In this document: positions 1 through 8,937 of the stretch, one piece after another
How positions within the stretch are numbered: the stretch's first letter is position 1
Layout: every line of letters starts with the position of its first letter
Made by a program: the position numbers and the translations under genes
The notes under the pieces: model-generated
The model's input: only the letters and a program-made list of their open reading frames with translations
Told to the model about the DNA's origin: nothing
The model's database searches: none
Source of the DNA: Pasteurella multocida
GTDB taxonomy: Bacteria > Pseudomonadota > Gammaproteobacteria > Enterobacterales > Pasteurellaceae
Length of the DNA stretch: 32,000 bases
Direction of reading: 5' to 3'
Assembly (NCBI RefSeq): GCF_900187275.1
Contig: NZ_LT906458.1
Coordinates: 1,770,001 to 1,802,000, forward strand

Positions 1-1
1 G

Positions 2-10
2 ACCGCACTT
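2..10 (-). repeat. uptake signal sequence (USS) core 9-mer
   Basis: ACCGCACTT read directly from the sequence. Confidence 0.85.
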
Positions 11-430
11 GAACACACTCAACATGCGCCGATAATCCGTTGTCGGATTGATTACAATCAGCAAGACTGTGACGTGCATTATTTTCCCTATCAACGCAAA
101 ATTTACCGCACTTTTCAGCCTGTCATTTGCGATGAAATTAACTATGATCTGAAATATGCTGATCGGGCATTATTAAATCAGTTATTTGCTCAGCGTAGGG
201 ATTGTGATGAGATTATGATTATCAAACACGGCAAGGTGACGGATTGCAGTATTGGTAATCTGGTGTTTCGCCAAGGTGAGCAATGGTTCACGCCAGATAG
301 CCCGTTATTTTACGGCACACAACGAGCCTGGTTATTACAACAAGGCAAAATTCAAGCCCGTTCCATCTTATTGCAAGAGATCGCACAATTTGAAGAAATT
401 CGGTTAATTAATGCACTAAATCCGCTGTAA
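2..430 (+). CDS. aminotransferase class IV family protein (PabC-like aminodeoxychorismate lyase), 5'-truncated by window edge
   Basis: The frame of the listed 74..430 ORF stays open back to nt 2 (TALEHTQHAPIIRCRIDYNQQDCDVHYFPYQ...), so the gene begins upstream of the window. The C-terminal region (GKVTDCSIGNLVF..WFTP..LFYGTQRAWLLQQG) resembles the fold-type IV PLP enzyme C-terminus. The family call is from memory of the motif pattern. Confidence 0.55.
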   Translation, partial: TALEHTQHAPIIRCRIDYNQQDCDVHYFPYQRKIYRTFQPVICDEINYDLKYADRALLNQLFAQRRDCDEIMIIKHGKVTDCSIGNLVFRQGEQWFTPDSPLFYGTQRAWLLQQGKIQARSILLQEIAQFEEIRLINALNPL

Positions 431-492
431 ATTTTCCTTGAACAGCGTAAAATAAAACAACTTTTTCAGTCAGATAAAAGGAGATAAACGAC

Positions 493-882
493 ATGACGAA
501 AGTAATTCATACTGACAATGCACCAGCCGCCATTGGTCCTTATGTACAAGCGGTAGATTTAGGTAATATGCTGTTAACCTCTGGGCAAATTCCAGTGAAT
601 CCAAAAACCGGTGAAGTGCCAGCGGATATCGTAGCACAAGCACGTCAATCGTTAGAAAACGTGAAAGCGATTGTGGAACAAGCGGGATTACAAGTCGCAA
701 ATATCGTGAAAACCACGGTGTTTGTGAAAGATTTAAATGACTTTGCAGCGGTCAATGCGGAGTATGAACGTTTCTTTAAAGAGAACAATCACCCTAGCTT
801 CCCTGCTCGTTCATGTGTGGAAGTGGCACGTTTGCCGAAAGATGTGGGGATTGAAATCGAGGCAATCGCTGTAAAAGCCTAA
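493..882 (+). CDS. ridA: RidA/YjgF family reactive enamine/imine deaminase
   Basis: 129 aa. APAAIGPYVQAV...LLTSGQIP...ARQSLENVKAIVEQAG...VKTTVFVKDLNDFAAVNAEY..FF...PARSCVEVARLPKDVGIEIEAIA is a near-textbook RidA sequence. An AAGGAG Shine-Dalgarno lies 7 nt upstream. Confidence 0.95.
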   Translation: MTKVIHTDNAPAAIGPYVQAVDLGNMLLTSGQIPVNPKTGEVPADIVAQARQSLENVKAIVEQAGLQVANIVKTTVFVKDLNDFAAVNAEYERFFKENNHPSFPARSCVEVARLPKDVGIEIEAIAVKA

Positions 883-968
883 TGAATAGCTTGCATTTAT
901 CTTAGTCGTAGCAAAACAATCTCTTTTCACTTGCTCTCTTCAAAGCAAGTTGATAAGTGATTTTTATT

Positions 969-1000
969 GGGCGTTTTTCTATTGATAGCCAAAAACGCCC
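969..1000 (+). terminator. hairpin terminator downstream of ridA
   Basis: GGGCGTTTTT (969-978) pairs with AAAAACGCCC (991-1000) and is followed by TTT. A second, smaller hairpin ACTTGCT/AGCAAGT lies at 929-950. Confidence 0.5.
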
Positions 1001-1021
1001 TTTACTGATAGAGAATAAACT

Positions 1022-1366
1022 ATGCAAAATCAAGTCATCGAGATTCTACAATACCGTTTAAAACCACAATCAGGACAAACGTTTCACCAAATTATGCGTG
1101 AGATCAGTGTTCCACTCCATAAACAACATGGGATTGATGTCATTGCGTATGGAAATTCATTACATGATATTGACAGCTATTATTTAATCCGTGCATTTGA
1201 GACAGAAACCAAATTGCAACAGCAGCTCGATGCTTTTTATGCCAGTGATGATTGGCGTGATGGACCAAGAGAAAGTATCATTCGCCTGATTGAAAGCAGT
1301 TTAAAATCGGTGATCATGCTCCCGACACAGGCAATCCATGCACTACGCAACCATTATCCTCAATAA
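1022..1366 (+). CDS. NIPSNAP-like dimeric alpha/beta-barrel protein (function unknown)
   Basis: 114 aa. The pattern VIEILQYRLKPQSG..F....E.SVPLHKQHGIDVIAYG......DSYYLIRAF.....L...LDAFYASDDWRDG matches the NIPSNAP pattern as I recall it. Confidence 0.55.
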   Translation: MQNQVIEILQYRLKPQSGQTFHQIMREISVPLHKQHGIDVIAYGNSLHDIDSYYLIRAFETETKLQQQLDAFYASDDWRDGPRESIIRLIESSLKSVIMLPTQAIHALRNHYPQ

Positions 1367-1374
1367 AATCAACA

Positions 1375-1403
1375 ACCGCACCCAATCAGTGCGGTCATTT
1401 TTT
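1375..1403. terminator. rho-independent terminator between convergent genes
   Basis: ACCGCAC (1375-1381) pairs with GTGCGGT (1389-1395), a degenerate USS pair, and is followed by T6 (1398-1403). Confidence 0.7.
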
Positions 1404-1418
1404 CTTACTTTTTCAGTG

Positions 1419-3371
1419 CTAAGGGAAAAACAACGATAGTGGACGTTGTTTAATCAATTTCCAAACACATTGCGCGATATCACACCAACTCTCAATTTCT
1501 GTTTCTAAAGAACGCAGCGCAACCCATAACGCGATAAAGAAACTGACAATCAAATTCACCATACCAATCAATAACACGAACACTAAACCTTGTAAGAACA
1601 TCTGCCAAGTAAACGCGCCACTGATCGCCATATAGCCCAAATTCGCAGAAGAAAACGCCACATGGCGAATATCTAACGGTAAATTAAGCAAATACCCGAC
1701 TAACCCCGTTAAACCAAGCAATAAACCAAAACACAGATTTCCCATAATCGAACCGTAATTATCATGCCAGTATTCTGCAAATTTGTAGCGCATATTACGG
1801 GTCAACAGACGGCGTAAAATAGGGTGATTTCTTAGTCGCATTTTTAAGTTCAAATAATTACTACGATTATCAAAATAACCAGAAATAATCCCAGAAAAGA
1901 ATAACCAGAAACCCGCAATGGCGGCAAACCATAAGGACCCTTTCATCGGATCAAGGGATTTTTGTTGGTAGGCAATCTCCGCGTCACTCAATAAAGGTGT
2001 ACCAACATAATGTTGATAGCCTAGCGCAAGCAAACAAGCCACAGAAATCGCTAAAGTGACATTACCCAAGACTGCCACTGTTTGCGAGCGAAACACATCG
2101 ATCAGCAGTTGAGCTAATTGCAGATTAACGGATTTGCCTTGTCCATTATCCACCGTTTCTGCAAAACGTGCTGCAGTCATTGCGGGCTGTTTGGTCGCCA
2201 CAGTACAATGCAACATAAAAATCAAGGTAAAACCAATACCGTAATTCAGCCCTTCAGCAATACCTCGCCAGACACGATCTTCAATCAGATCACCTAAATA
2301 CAGTTTAAATAACGCCATTAAGGCAATTAAAATGCCCCCACCCGCCGCTGAAAAAAACATATTACGGTATTCTTTTGCATCGCGTGTAATATAATGTTCA
2401 CCGTGATCACTTTTATTCTGGGTAATACTGCGCGCGAGCATTTTGACACTTTGTTTCCATAAATCCACTGCACTGTGCGTTTGTGCCGATGCCACGGCTA
2501 ATTCACCGCTAAACATCAAAATACGTCGTGGCGGAAGCTGATCCTGTTGAAAGAGATCCATCAGTGTAGCTAAACGATCGAGCGTTTGATCTAAACGGGT
2601 TAATAAATGGGCAACACCGAGGGTGGATCCTGCACTTGAACCACGCTTATGTAAGCGATCGATTTGCTCACGACATTGTGTAAACATCACTTGTAAATGT
2701 GCATCATCATAATGACAGTGTTGACGACGTGCGCTGACCCAGTGTGATACTTCGCGTTGTAATGCGACGAAAGGCGAATCGGCATCCAATAACGAAGGAT
2801 CTAAGCGCATCAATTCAGGCTCTAATTCTTCCGCCGCAATCCAAATAGCAAGCATTTCAATGGCGAACAAGCCCTCATAACGCAAATGGTTATGCACATT
2901 TTCCCGATCACGGTCCGTACAGTGCTGTTGTAATACGTCCAATAACCTCACCCAGTCTTGAATGGCGACTGCTTGTAACCAGTCGGCATCCTTTTCTTCA
3001 CAAAAGAGGACAAAGAAAATATCACGTAAATCGTTTAAATCTTTGAAAGAGGGGTTTAATCGTTCATATAAACGTTTTTGAATTTCGCGTCCAAAGCCTT
3101 CTCTGCCTAAAATCCCACAACTAATAAACAGGGGATATAAACGAAGTTGGCAAATCCATTGACACAAAAGACTGGCGGTTTTCTGCGCCAATACCTTGTC
3201 ATCATAAAATAGTTGCGTGATGTAATGAAAACGTTGTGCTGCCTCTTTTTTACCTCCGGCACGCATCCACTGACAAGCGGCATTTAACAAAGTAAAGGCA
3301 TTTTGTTGCTCAATCTGTGTGGTCAAAAAAGGGAGAATATTGTTTTCGTCTAAAGGGTATTTTTCGATCAT
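1419..3371 (-). CDS. large polytopic membrane protein resembling the family annotated 'site-specific recombinase' (Gcr/PF10136-like); real function unknown
   Basis: The ORF is open over 1419..3440 (673 aa). I prefer the ATG at 3371 (MIEKYPLDENN..., 650 aa), but no start has a clear SD. There is an N-terminal ~350-aa helical soluble region, then hydrophobic segments (FFSAAGGGILIALMALFKL, NYGIGFTLIFMLH, VAVLGNVTLAISVACLLALG, LWFAAIAGFWLFFSGIISG, IMGNLCFGLLLGLTGLVGYLL, GLVFVLLIGMVNLIVSFFIALWV). The family assignment is from memory of this architecture and of motifs such as GEHYITR and TKQPAMTA. Confidence 0.45.
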   Translation of the reverse strand: MIEKYPLDENNILPFLTTQIEQQNAFTLLNAACQWMRAGGKKEAAQRFHYITQLFYDDKVLAQKTASLLCQWICQLRLYPLFISCGILGREGFGREIQKRLYERLNPSFKDLNDLRDIFFVLFCEEKDADWLQAVAIQDWVRLLDVLQQHCTDRDRENVHNHLRYEGLFAIEMLAIWIAAEELEPELMRLDPSLLDADSPFVALQREVSHWVSARRQHCHYDDAHLQVMFTQCREQIDRLHKRGSSAGSTLGVAHLLTRLDQTLDRLATLMDLFQQDQLPPRRILMFSGELAVASAQTHSAVDLWKQSVKMLARSITQNKSDHGEHYITRDAKEYRNMFFSAAGGGILIALMALFKLYLGDLIEDRVWRGIAEGLNYGIGFTLIFMLHCTVATKQPAMTAARFAETVDNGQGKSVNLQLAQLLIDVFRSQTVAVLGNVTLAISVACLLALGYQHYVGTPLLSDAEIAYQQKSLDPMKGSLWFAAIAGFWLFFSGIISGYFDNRSNYLNLKMRLRNHPILRRLLTRNMRYKFAEYWHDNYGSIMGNLCFGLLLGLTGLVGYLLNLPLDIRHVAFSSANLGYMAISGAFTWQMFLQGLVFVLLIGMVNLIVSFFIALWVALRSLETEIESWCDIAQCVWKLIKQRPLSLFFP

Positions 3372-3694
3372 ATATAGGATATAACAGTAAACAATGTGAT
3401 TTTTGTTTGAGCATAATAAGGGAATCATTAAAAAAAACAAAGTTGTAGATGCCTATTATGTATAAAAAGTGCCATTTTATTGCATGTAAATCAAACACAC
3501 CTGTTACTGACGCTTCGCGACTTTAATTGAAAAAAATCGCATTCATTACGCAATAAACCGGCTGAATACAACAGAATTCTGTCAATATACCGCGAATTAT
3601 GGCTTTTTATTTGCGCTATTCAACGACTTATAAAAACATTAAAATGAGGTGATTTTGTGTTACTTGTTTATTTAAAGGAAGGGAAGGAAATAAC

Positions 3695-5434
3695 ATGAAT
3701 ATCATACAATCGTTCACGCACAGATTAAGCGATTTAATCAAACAATACCCTCTCGCGATGTCGTTTATTTTCATCAGTACGGCATTTATTCCGTGGATAC
3801 AAGATGAAAGTATTTCCCGAGATATGATTGTCGTTTTATTGCTACCGATCTATTTCTCCACGGTGTTACTGCTAAACAAGCGCAAATACGCGAATGGGCT
3901 TGCTATTGCTTATGCCATTCTTATTACGCTTGCCTTTTATTTTGCTGAGCGACCTATCTATGATAATGACGCTTATTGGGGACTATTGCTCATTCATTTT
4001 GTGCTGTTTGTTACCTATCCACTGGCAAAAGAGAACCGACTTTTTGTGTATAACACGGTGTCACGTTTGACTCAACTTGCCCTGGCTATTGTGTTAGCAG
4101 GCATCATTTGTATATGTGCTGTATTGGTTTTGAACAGTATAGAATACTTGTTTAATATCAATCTATTAAGCTACCGTATCGTGCCGAAAACGCTCCTTTT
4201 TATCATGTGCTTTTTTACACCGGTTTTCTTTCTGATTTTTGAACAGCGCTTAGCCCAAAACTTTCAAGGTGAACGGTTTCATTATGTGATCGAATTGATC
4301 GTCAACTTTATTTTTTCACCGGTTGTTATCCTTTATACCCTGATCGTGTACCTGTATTTGGCTAAAATTCTGTTTTATTTCGAACTACCGAAAGGTGGTG
4401 TGGCGTATATTATCATGCCATACATCGCGTTAGGCTTATGTTGTCAAGGACTACGCTTACTGCTGATTGACGCAAAATGGACAGGATTCTATCGCGTTTT
4501 TGCTTATCTCTCTATTGCGCCACTGGTTTTACTTTGGGTAGGCATCCACACGCGTATTACCACTTATGGTTTAACCGAAATCCGCGTTATGCTTGTCGTG
4601 CTCGCCAGTATGATGACCTTGTTTATTTTATTTTCCATGACGCAGCGCTTGCAACAATATCGCTTATTTAGCCTTACTGCCTGCTTGCTTCTTTTTATCA
4701 GCACAATACTCACCTCTCCCTATTATTTGGCACAGCAACATCAATTAGCACGTTTTGAACGGTTGCTCAGTGAACTGAATATCTTGGATGAACAGCAACA
4801 AATTAGCGCAACCATCTTTGACAGTCAGTTCGCTAAACAACTGAGCAGTGAACAAGTCGAAAAATATAAACAATTAGAAGAAATTATTGGGGGGTATATC
4901 AAGACCAATCCAGCGGCTGTCGCCAAATATGGTCAAGAAAAACTCAATTATTTACATGGTTTTTACTACAACCAGATTATTTATAATACGCCATATCAAG
5001 ATGAAGATGTCTCGATCACCTTTTATGCTTACGATACTCGTAGACAGGATAACTATACCATTGATATCGCACCTTATCAGACACTACATTTGATTAACGG
5101 CTATGTTAATAGTGGCGATCCAAATGAGCTTGAGACACAGACACAAGAGACATCCACTCTATTTCAACGTCAATTTGATCTGATTGATAAGCATAACAAG
5201 TACAGTTTTGATGAACACTATTTTGTCGAGGTTTTTAAAGCAGCAGGCTTAGATATTCACCAAAAATATTCACAAGATACGTTACTGCCATTAGCCAAGC
5301 AACTAACCCAAGTACCCACAAGGGAAGGAGGATTGCTCATTTTTCGTGACATGGATTTCAAATATGAAGTCCATGGTGACATAAAAGGCTATGTTTATCA
5401 GGGTGGTTATATTGAGTTTTATCTCGCCCCATAA
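3695..5434 (+). CDS. polytopic inner-membrane protein with C-terminal soluble domain (DUF4153-like), function unknown
   Basis: 579 aa. The RBS GGAAGGGAAGGAAA lies upstream of the ATG. About 10 hydrophobic helices occupy aa 20-345, followed by a hydrophilic ~235-aa C-terminal domain. The DUF4153 label is a recollection, not a search result. Confidence 0.4.
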   Translation: MNIIQSFTHRLSDLIKQYPLAMSFIFISTAFIPWIQDESISRDMIVVLLLPIYFSTVLLLNKRKYANGLAIAYAILITLAFYFAERPIYDNDAYWGLLLIHFVLFVTYPLAKENRLFVYNTVSRLTQLALAIVLAGIICICAVLVLNSIEYLFNINLLSYRIVPKTLLFIMCFFTPVFFLIFEQRLAQNFQGERFHYVIELIVNFIFSPVVILYTLIVYLYLAKILFYFELPKGGVAYIIMPYIALGLCCQGLRLLLIDAKWTGFYRVFAYLSIAPLVLLWVGIHTRITTYGLTEIRVMLVVLASMMTLFILFSMTQRLQQYRLFSLTACLLLFISTILTSPYYLAQQHQLARFERLLSELNILDEQQQISATIFDSQFAKQLSSEQVEKYKQLEEIIGGYIKTNPAAVAKYGQEKLNYLHGFYYNQIIYNTPYQDEDVSITFYAYDTRRQDNYTIDIAPYQTLHLINGYVNSGDPNELETQTQETSTLFQRQFDLIDKHNKYSFDEHYFVEVFKAAGLDIHQKYSQDTLLPLAKQLTQVPTREGGLLIFRDMDFKYEVHGDIKGYVYQGGYIEFYLAP

Positions 5435-5444
5435 CATCACAAAA

Positions 5445-5453
5445 AAGTGCGGT
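5445..5453 (+). repeat. uptake signal sequence (USS) core 9-mer
   Basis: AAGTGCGGT, within a terminator hairpin. Confidence 0.85.
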
Positions 5454-5486
5454 CTATTTTACTAACATTTTGTCAAAATAGACCGC
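5449..5486. terminator. bidirectional terminator hairpin containing a USS
   Basis: GCGGTCTATTTT (5449-5460) pairs with AAAATAGACCGC (5475-5486). It lies between convergent genes. Confidence 0.75.
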
Positions 5487-5525
5487 GCGTTAAAACAACT
5501 TTACCTATGACGTGTATTGGTCACA

Positions 5526-6023
5526 CTACACATCATAAGTGCCCATGATGACGGCTTGATCCAAAATATGCCCTTGCATCGCAAAATGCAGGTCGTTAAA
5601 ACGAAAACCTGCGCTGAGATCCAACTTACAATCTAATGCATATACGATGAGTTCATAACGATGTAAGCAGTTAGGTGGTGCCATACCCCCATAAAAAGAG
5701 GCTTCTGCAATATCAAATTTACCCAACACACTTGCCCAAGAATTTGCCCCTTGCACATAATCCGTTGCGGTTAAACTTTCGTTTTCTTGCACAGAAGTAC
5801 GTTTTAAATTTGCGATTAACCAATGAATCCAGACAAACCCACTAGCCGTAATCGCATCTTTATCTTCCAATACCACCGCAAAAGATTTCGTGCCTACGGG
5901 CACCTCGCTAATGTCAAAAGGAATCGAATAGGTCGGCATTCCATTTGGGCTAAATTGCTTGCCTCGTTTGCCGTATTTGTCTTCAAATGCACCATTTTTA
6001 ATGGCTGAACTGGTCACTTTCAT
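5526..6023 (-). CDS. YbhB/YbcL family Raf-kinase-inhibitor-like (PEBP) protein
   Basis: The ORF is open to 6038, but the ATG at 6023 (MKVTSSAIKNG...) is preceded by a perfect AGGAGG 5 nt upstream. The sequence F..KYG.....SP...W...P.GTKSFAVV.EDKDA....FVWIHWLIANL...GGM.PP...HRYELIVYALD is typical of bacterial PEBP proteins. No signal peptide was seen. Confidence 0.85.
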   Translation of the reverse strand: MKVTSSAIKNGAFEDKYGKRGKQFSPNGMPTYSIPFDISEVPVGTKSFAVVLEDKDAITASGFVWIHWLIANLKRTSVQENESLTATDYVQGANSWASVLGKFDIAEASFYGGMAPPNCLHRYELIVYALDCKLDLSAGFRFNDLHFAMQGHILDQAVIMGTYDV

Positions 6024-6072
6024 CACTTCCTCCTTCATTCATGGTTAAAATATCAACATCTTTTGACAAAAA

Positions 6073-6460
<388 letters not shown>

Positions 6461-6607
6461 GCTTTCCTTAAGGAGAGTATATAACTTAAAAGTGCGTACT
6501 TGTTTCGCGAAAACATCACATATATAATGACATTCTGTTTGGTAACATAACAAAAATAACCTTATTTTGTCATCTTACCTAATTAATCCATTTATTCGGA
6601 GATAAAT

Positions 6608-7150
6608 ATGTCAACTATTTTACTTTTTAATGCAAGCAATAGCTCTCGCTCTATCCACCAAAATCTCTTAAACGCTATTGCCCCTTTATTATCCACCCAC
6701 CAACTGTGTTATGCGTCAAGTCTCGATTTTGATTTACCTTTTTATAGTGAAGATGCGGAAAACGAGCAAGGTTATCCACAAGCAGCAAAAGATTTTGTGG
6801 CACTCTTACACAAACATGACGCCGTTATTTTAGCCTGTCCAGAGCATAATGGCGCACCACCAGCTATTTTCAAAAATTTATACGACTGGGGAACACGTGC
6901 AGCAAAAGCAGAAGAGTCCACTCTATTTAATCAACGTAAGCTACTGATCTTAACCACTTCAGGTGGTGAACGTGGCGGACTCACAGTACAAACCTATTTA
7001 AAAAATATCACGCCATTTCATGGTGCAACGGTGGTTGGCGCTTATAGCATAGGAAAATATTACGACAACTTTGTTGATGGTCAACCAACACCAGCAGCTA
7101 ATCAAATTCTACAAGCTGCGGCAGATGACTTACAACAAGCCTTAGCCTAG
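6608..7150 (+). CDS. NAD(P)H-dependent FMN reductase family oxidoreductase
   Basis: 180 aa. ILLFNAS.S..S....L......L.......DL.LPFY...........P....F......HDAVILACPEHNGAPPAIFKNLYDW fits the flavodoxin-like NADPH-dependent FMN reductase pattern. A GGAGA SD is present. The gene is divergent from the HxlR gene. Confidence 0.7.
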   Translation: MSTILLFNASNSSRSIHQNLLNAIAPLLSTHQLCYASSLDFDLPFYSEDAENEQGYPQAAKDFVALLHKHDAVILACPEHNGAPPAIFKNLYDWGTRAAKAEESTLFNQRKLLILTTSGGERGGLTVQTYLKNITPFHGATVVGAYSIGKYYDNFVDGQPTPAANQILQAAADDLQQALA

Positions 7151-7197
7151 GTTTTTCAAACTACACAAATTGCTACTATTTTGTGTGAGAAAGCAAA

Positions 7198-7206
7198 AAG
7201 TGCGGT
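7198..7206 (+). repeat. uptake signal sequence (USS) core 9-mer
   Basis: AAGTGCGGT, within a terminator hairpin. Confidence 0.85.
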
Positions 7207-7240
7207 CTGTTTGTTAAAAATTTTAAAAAACAGACCGCAC
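7200..7240. terminator. bidirectional terminator hairpin containing a USS
   Basis: GTGCGGTCTGTTT (7200-7212) pairs with AAACAGACCGCAC (7228-7240), a 13-bp stem. It lies between convergent genes. Confidence 0.8.
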
Positions 7241-7278
7241 ATAAGTTTGGGTGATCGAGAATCGTTTATCCAGAAAAT

Positions 7279-8937
7279 TTATGACATACGCCCATTTTCA
7301 ATCTGAATCACTTGATCACAAATCGCCATGGTCGAAGCACGATGGCTGACTAACACAATCAATTTTTCTGCTTTCACCGTTAACAACGATTGCAAAATAA
7401 TCGCTTCGTTTAAGCTGTCTAAATTACTGGTTGGCTCATCGAGTAAGATAATCGGGGCATTGTGTAAGAATGCACGTGCAATACCGATACGTTGTTTCTC
7501 CCCGTCGGACAAATTACTACCAAGCTCATTGATTTGGGTGTCATAACCTTCCGGAAGACTCATGATAAAGTCATGAATCGAGGCTTTTTTTGCCGCTTCG
7601 ATCACCTGTGCTTTGCTAGCAGTACGATTTGCCATCAAAATATTTTCATAGATGGTTTCGTTGAAAATATAGGTTTGTTGGGTGATGTAAGCGATATGAT
7701 CACGCAAACTGAGGGTATTAATCTGCTTCAGATCAGTACCGTTGATGCGGATTACGCCCGTTTGTGGATCATAAAAACGCATCATCAGTTTTAACAATGT
7801 GCTTTTACCACTCCCACTACGACCATGAATCCCGAGAATTTGTCCTTTTTGTAAGCGTAAATGGAGATTTGACAGGATCTGTTCATCTGCATAAGCAAAG
7901 CTTAAATTTTCGACTTCTATGTTTTCAACATCTTGCAAATCCACGCCTTTCACCACGTCTTTGAGATGCGGTTCTTCACTGAGTAAGCCTAGCACACGCT
8001 CACCACTGGCGAGAGTTTGTAGTAGGTTATTTGACAAGTTACTCAACGCAATCACCGGACCATAACTCGACATCAATAAAATCACCGCAATTAATAGCCC
8101 AGCAAAGTTAACTTGTTGATTTAAATAGAGGGTAACACCCGTCATTAACATCAGAATATTAAATGCAGAAACAGCAATTTCTGTGTAAGCACGCACTTTA
8201 CCTTCTTGTTGTTTGATTTTTAAGAAAGCTTTATCAATTTGCTCACTGCGTTGATGAATGCCGGCTAAGCGTTCCTGCTCATTGCCAAACAGTTGTAACT
8301 CTTTCATGCCTCGTACGCTATCGAGGAAATAATCGTTCATTTCACCCACCAGTTCACGATACACTCGCCCGTCTTCTCGTGCCATTTTAGTGGTGAAAAT
8401 CGGTAAAATCACACCAATGGTGAGATACGCCAATAAGCCAATTAAGGTGAACCAAGGTGAAATATGGGCAAACACCGCCAGCAAAATGCTTGAAGTTAAA
8501 AAGGCAATCATAATCGGTGCAATAGTATGGGCATAAAACACTTCAAGCAGTTCAATATCGTTGGTAACTAACGACAGCAATTGCCCAGATTGTTTACCTT
8601 GCAGTTTTACAAAGGCTAATTTACGCAATGCGCTAAACACTTTATCACGTAAAAGGGCGAGTAATTTGAATGCAATATAATGCCCTGACATTTGCTCAAG
8701 ATAGTGCAAGATGCCACGGGCCACTGCCAAGACAATGAGTGCGGTCAAAATTTGTGAAAAACTGAGGTGTACAGGGAAATCGAGCAAGTTCACCAAGCCC
8801 ATGGCACCCAATACCATAATAAAGATTGCGGCTAAAAAGCCAAGTACACCCATGATAATGGTAAACGCCATAATATGTGCGAGAGGGGTGACTAACTTCA
8901 ATAATTGCCACATAATCACAAAACCATTCTTACGCAT
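7279..8937 (-). CDS. ABC transporter permease/ATP-binding protein, CydC-like subunit of a heterodimeric exporter
   Basis: 552 aa. It has an N-terminal 6-TM domain and a C-terminal NBD with Walker A GRSGSGKST, signature LSDGEKQR and Walker B ILLDEPTS. It overlaps the upstream partner gene by 8 nt. The TM-domain region ARGILHYLEQMSGHYIAFKLL resembles CydC. Confidence 0.85.
   Translation of the reverse strand: MRKNGFVIMWQLLKLVTPLAHIMAFTIIMGVLGFLAAIFIMVLGAMGLVNLLDFPVHLSFSQILTALIVLAVARGILHYLEQMSGHYIAFKLLALLRDKVFSALRKLAFVKLQGKQSGQLLSLVTNDIELLEVFYAHTIAPIMIAFLTSSILLAVFAHISPWFTLIGLLAYLTIGVILPIFTTKMAREDGRVYRELVGEMNDYFLDSVRGMKELQLFGNEQERLAGIHQRSEQIDKAFLKIKQQEGKVRAYTEIAVSAFNILMLMTGVTLYLNQQVNFAGLLIAVILLMSSYGPVIALSNLSNNLLQTLASGERVLGLLSEEPHLKDVVKGVDLQDVENIEVENLSFAYADEQILSNLHLRLQKGQILGIHGRSGSGKSTLLKLMMRFYDPQTGVIRINGTDLKQINTLSLRDHIAYITQQTYIFNETIYENILMANRTASKAQVIEAAKKASIHDFIMSLPEGYDTQINELGSNLSDGEKQRIGIARAFLHNAPIILLDEPTSNLDSLNEAIILQSLLTVKAEKLIVLVSHRASTMAICDQVIQIENGRMS

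Noticed and set aside
3372-3440. 5' extension of the recombinase-like ORF (MFFLMIPLLCSNKNHIVYCYILY...)
   Set aside because: The extension is a hydrophobic, low-complexity translation of AT-rich promoter DNA. I chose the ATG at 3371, but neither start has a convincing SD, so the boundary remains uncertain.
4477-5093. Plus-strand ORFs of 64 aa and 68 aa inside the DUF4153-like gene
   Set aside because: They are alternative frames within a longer, well-supported membrane-protein ORF and have no independent signals.
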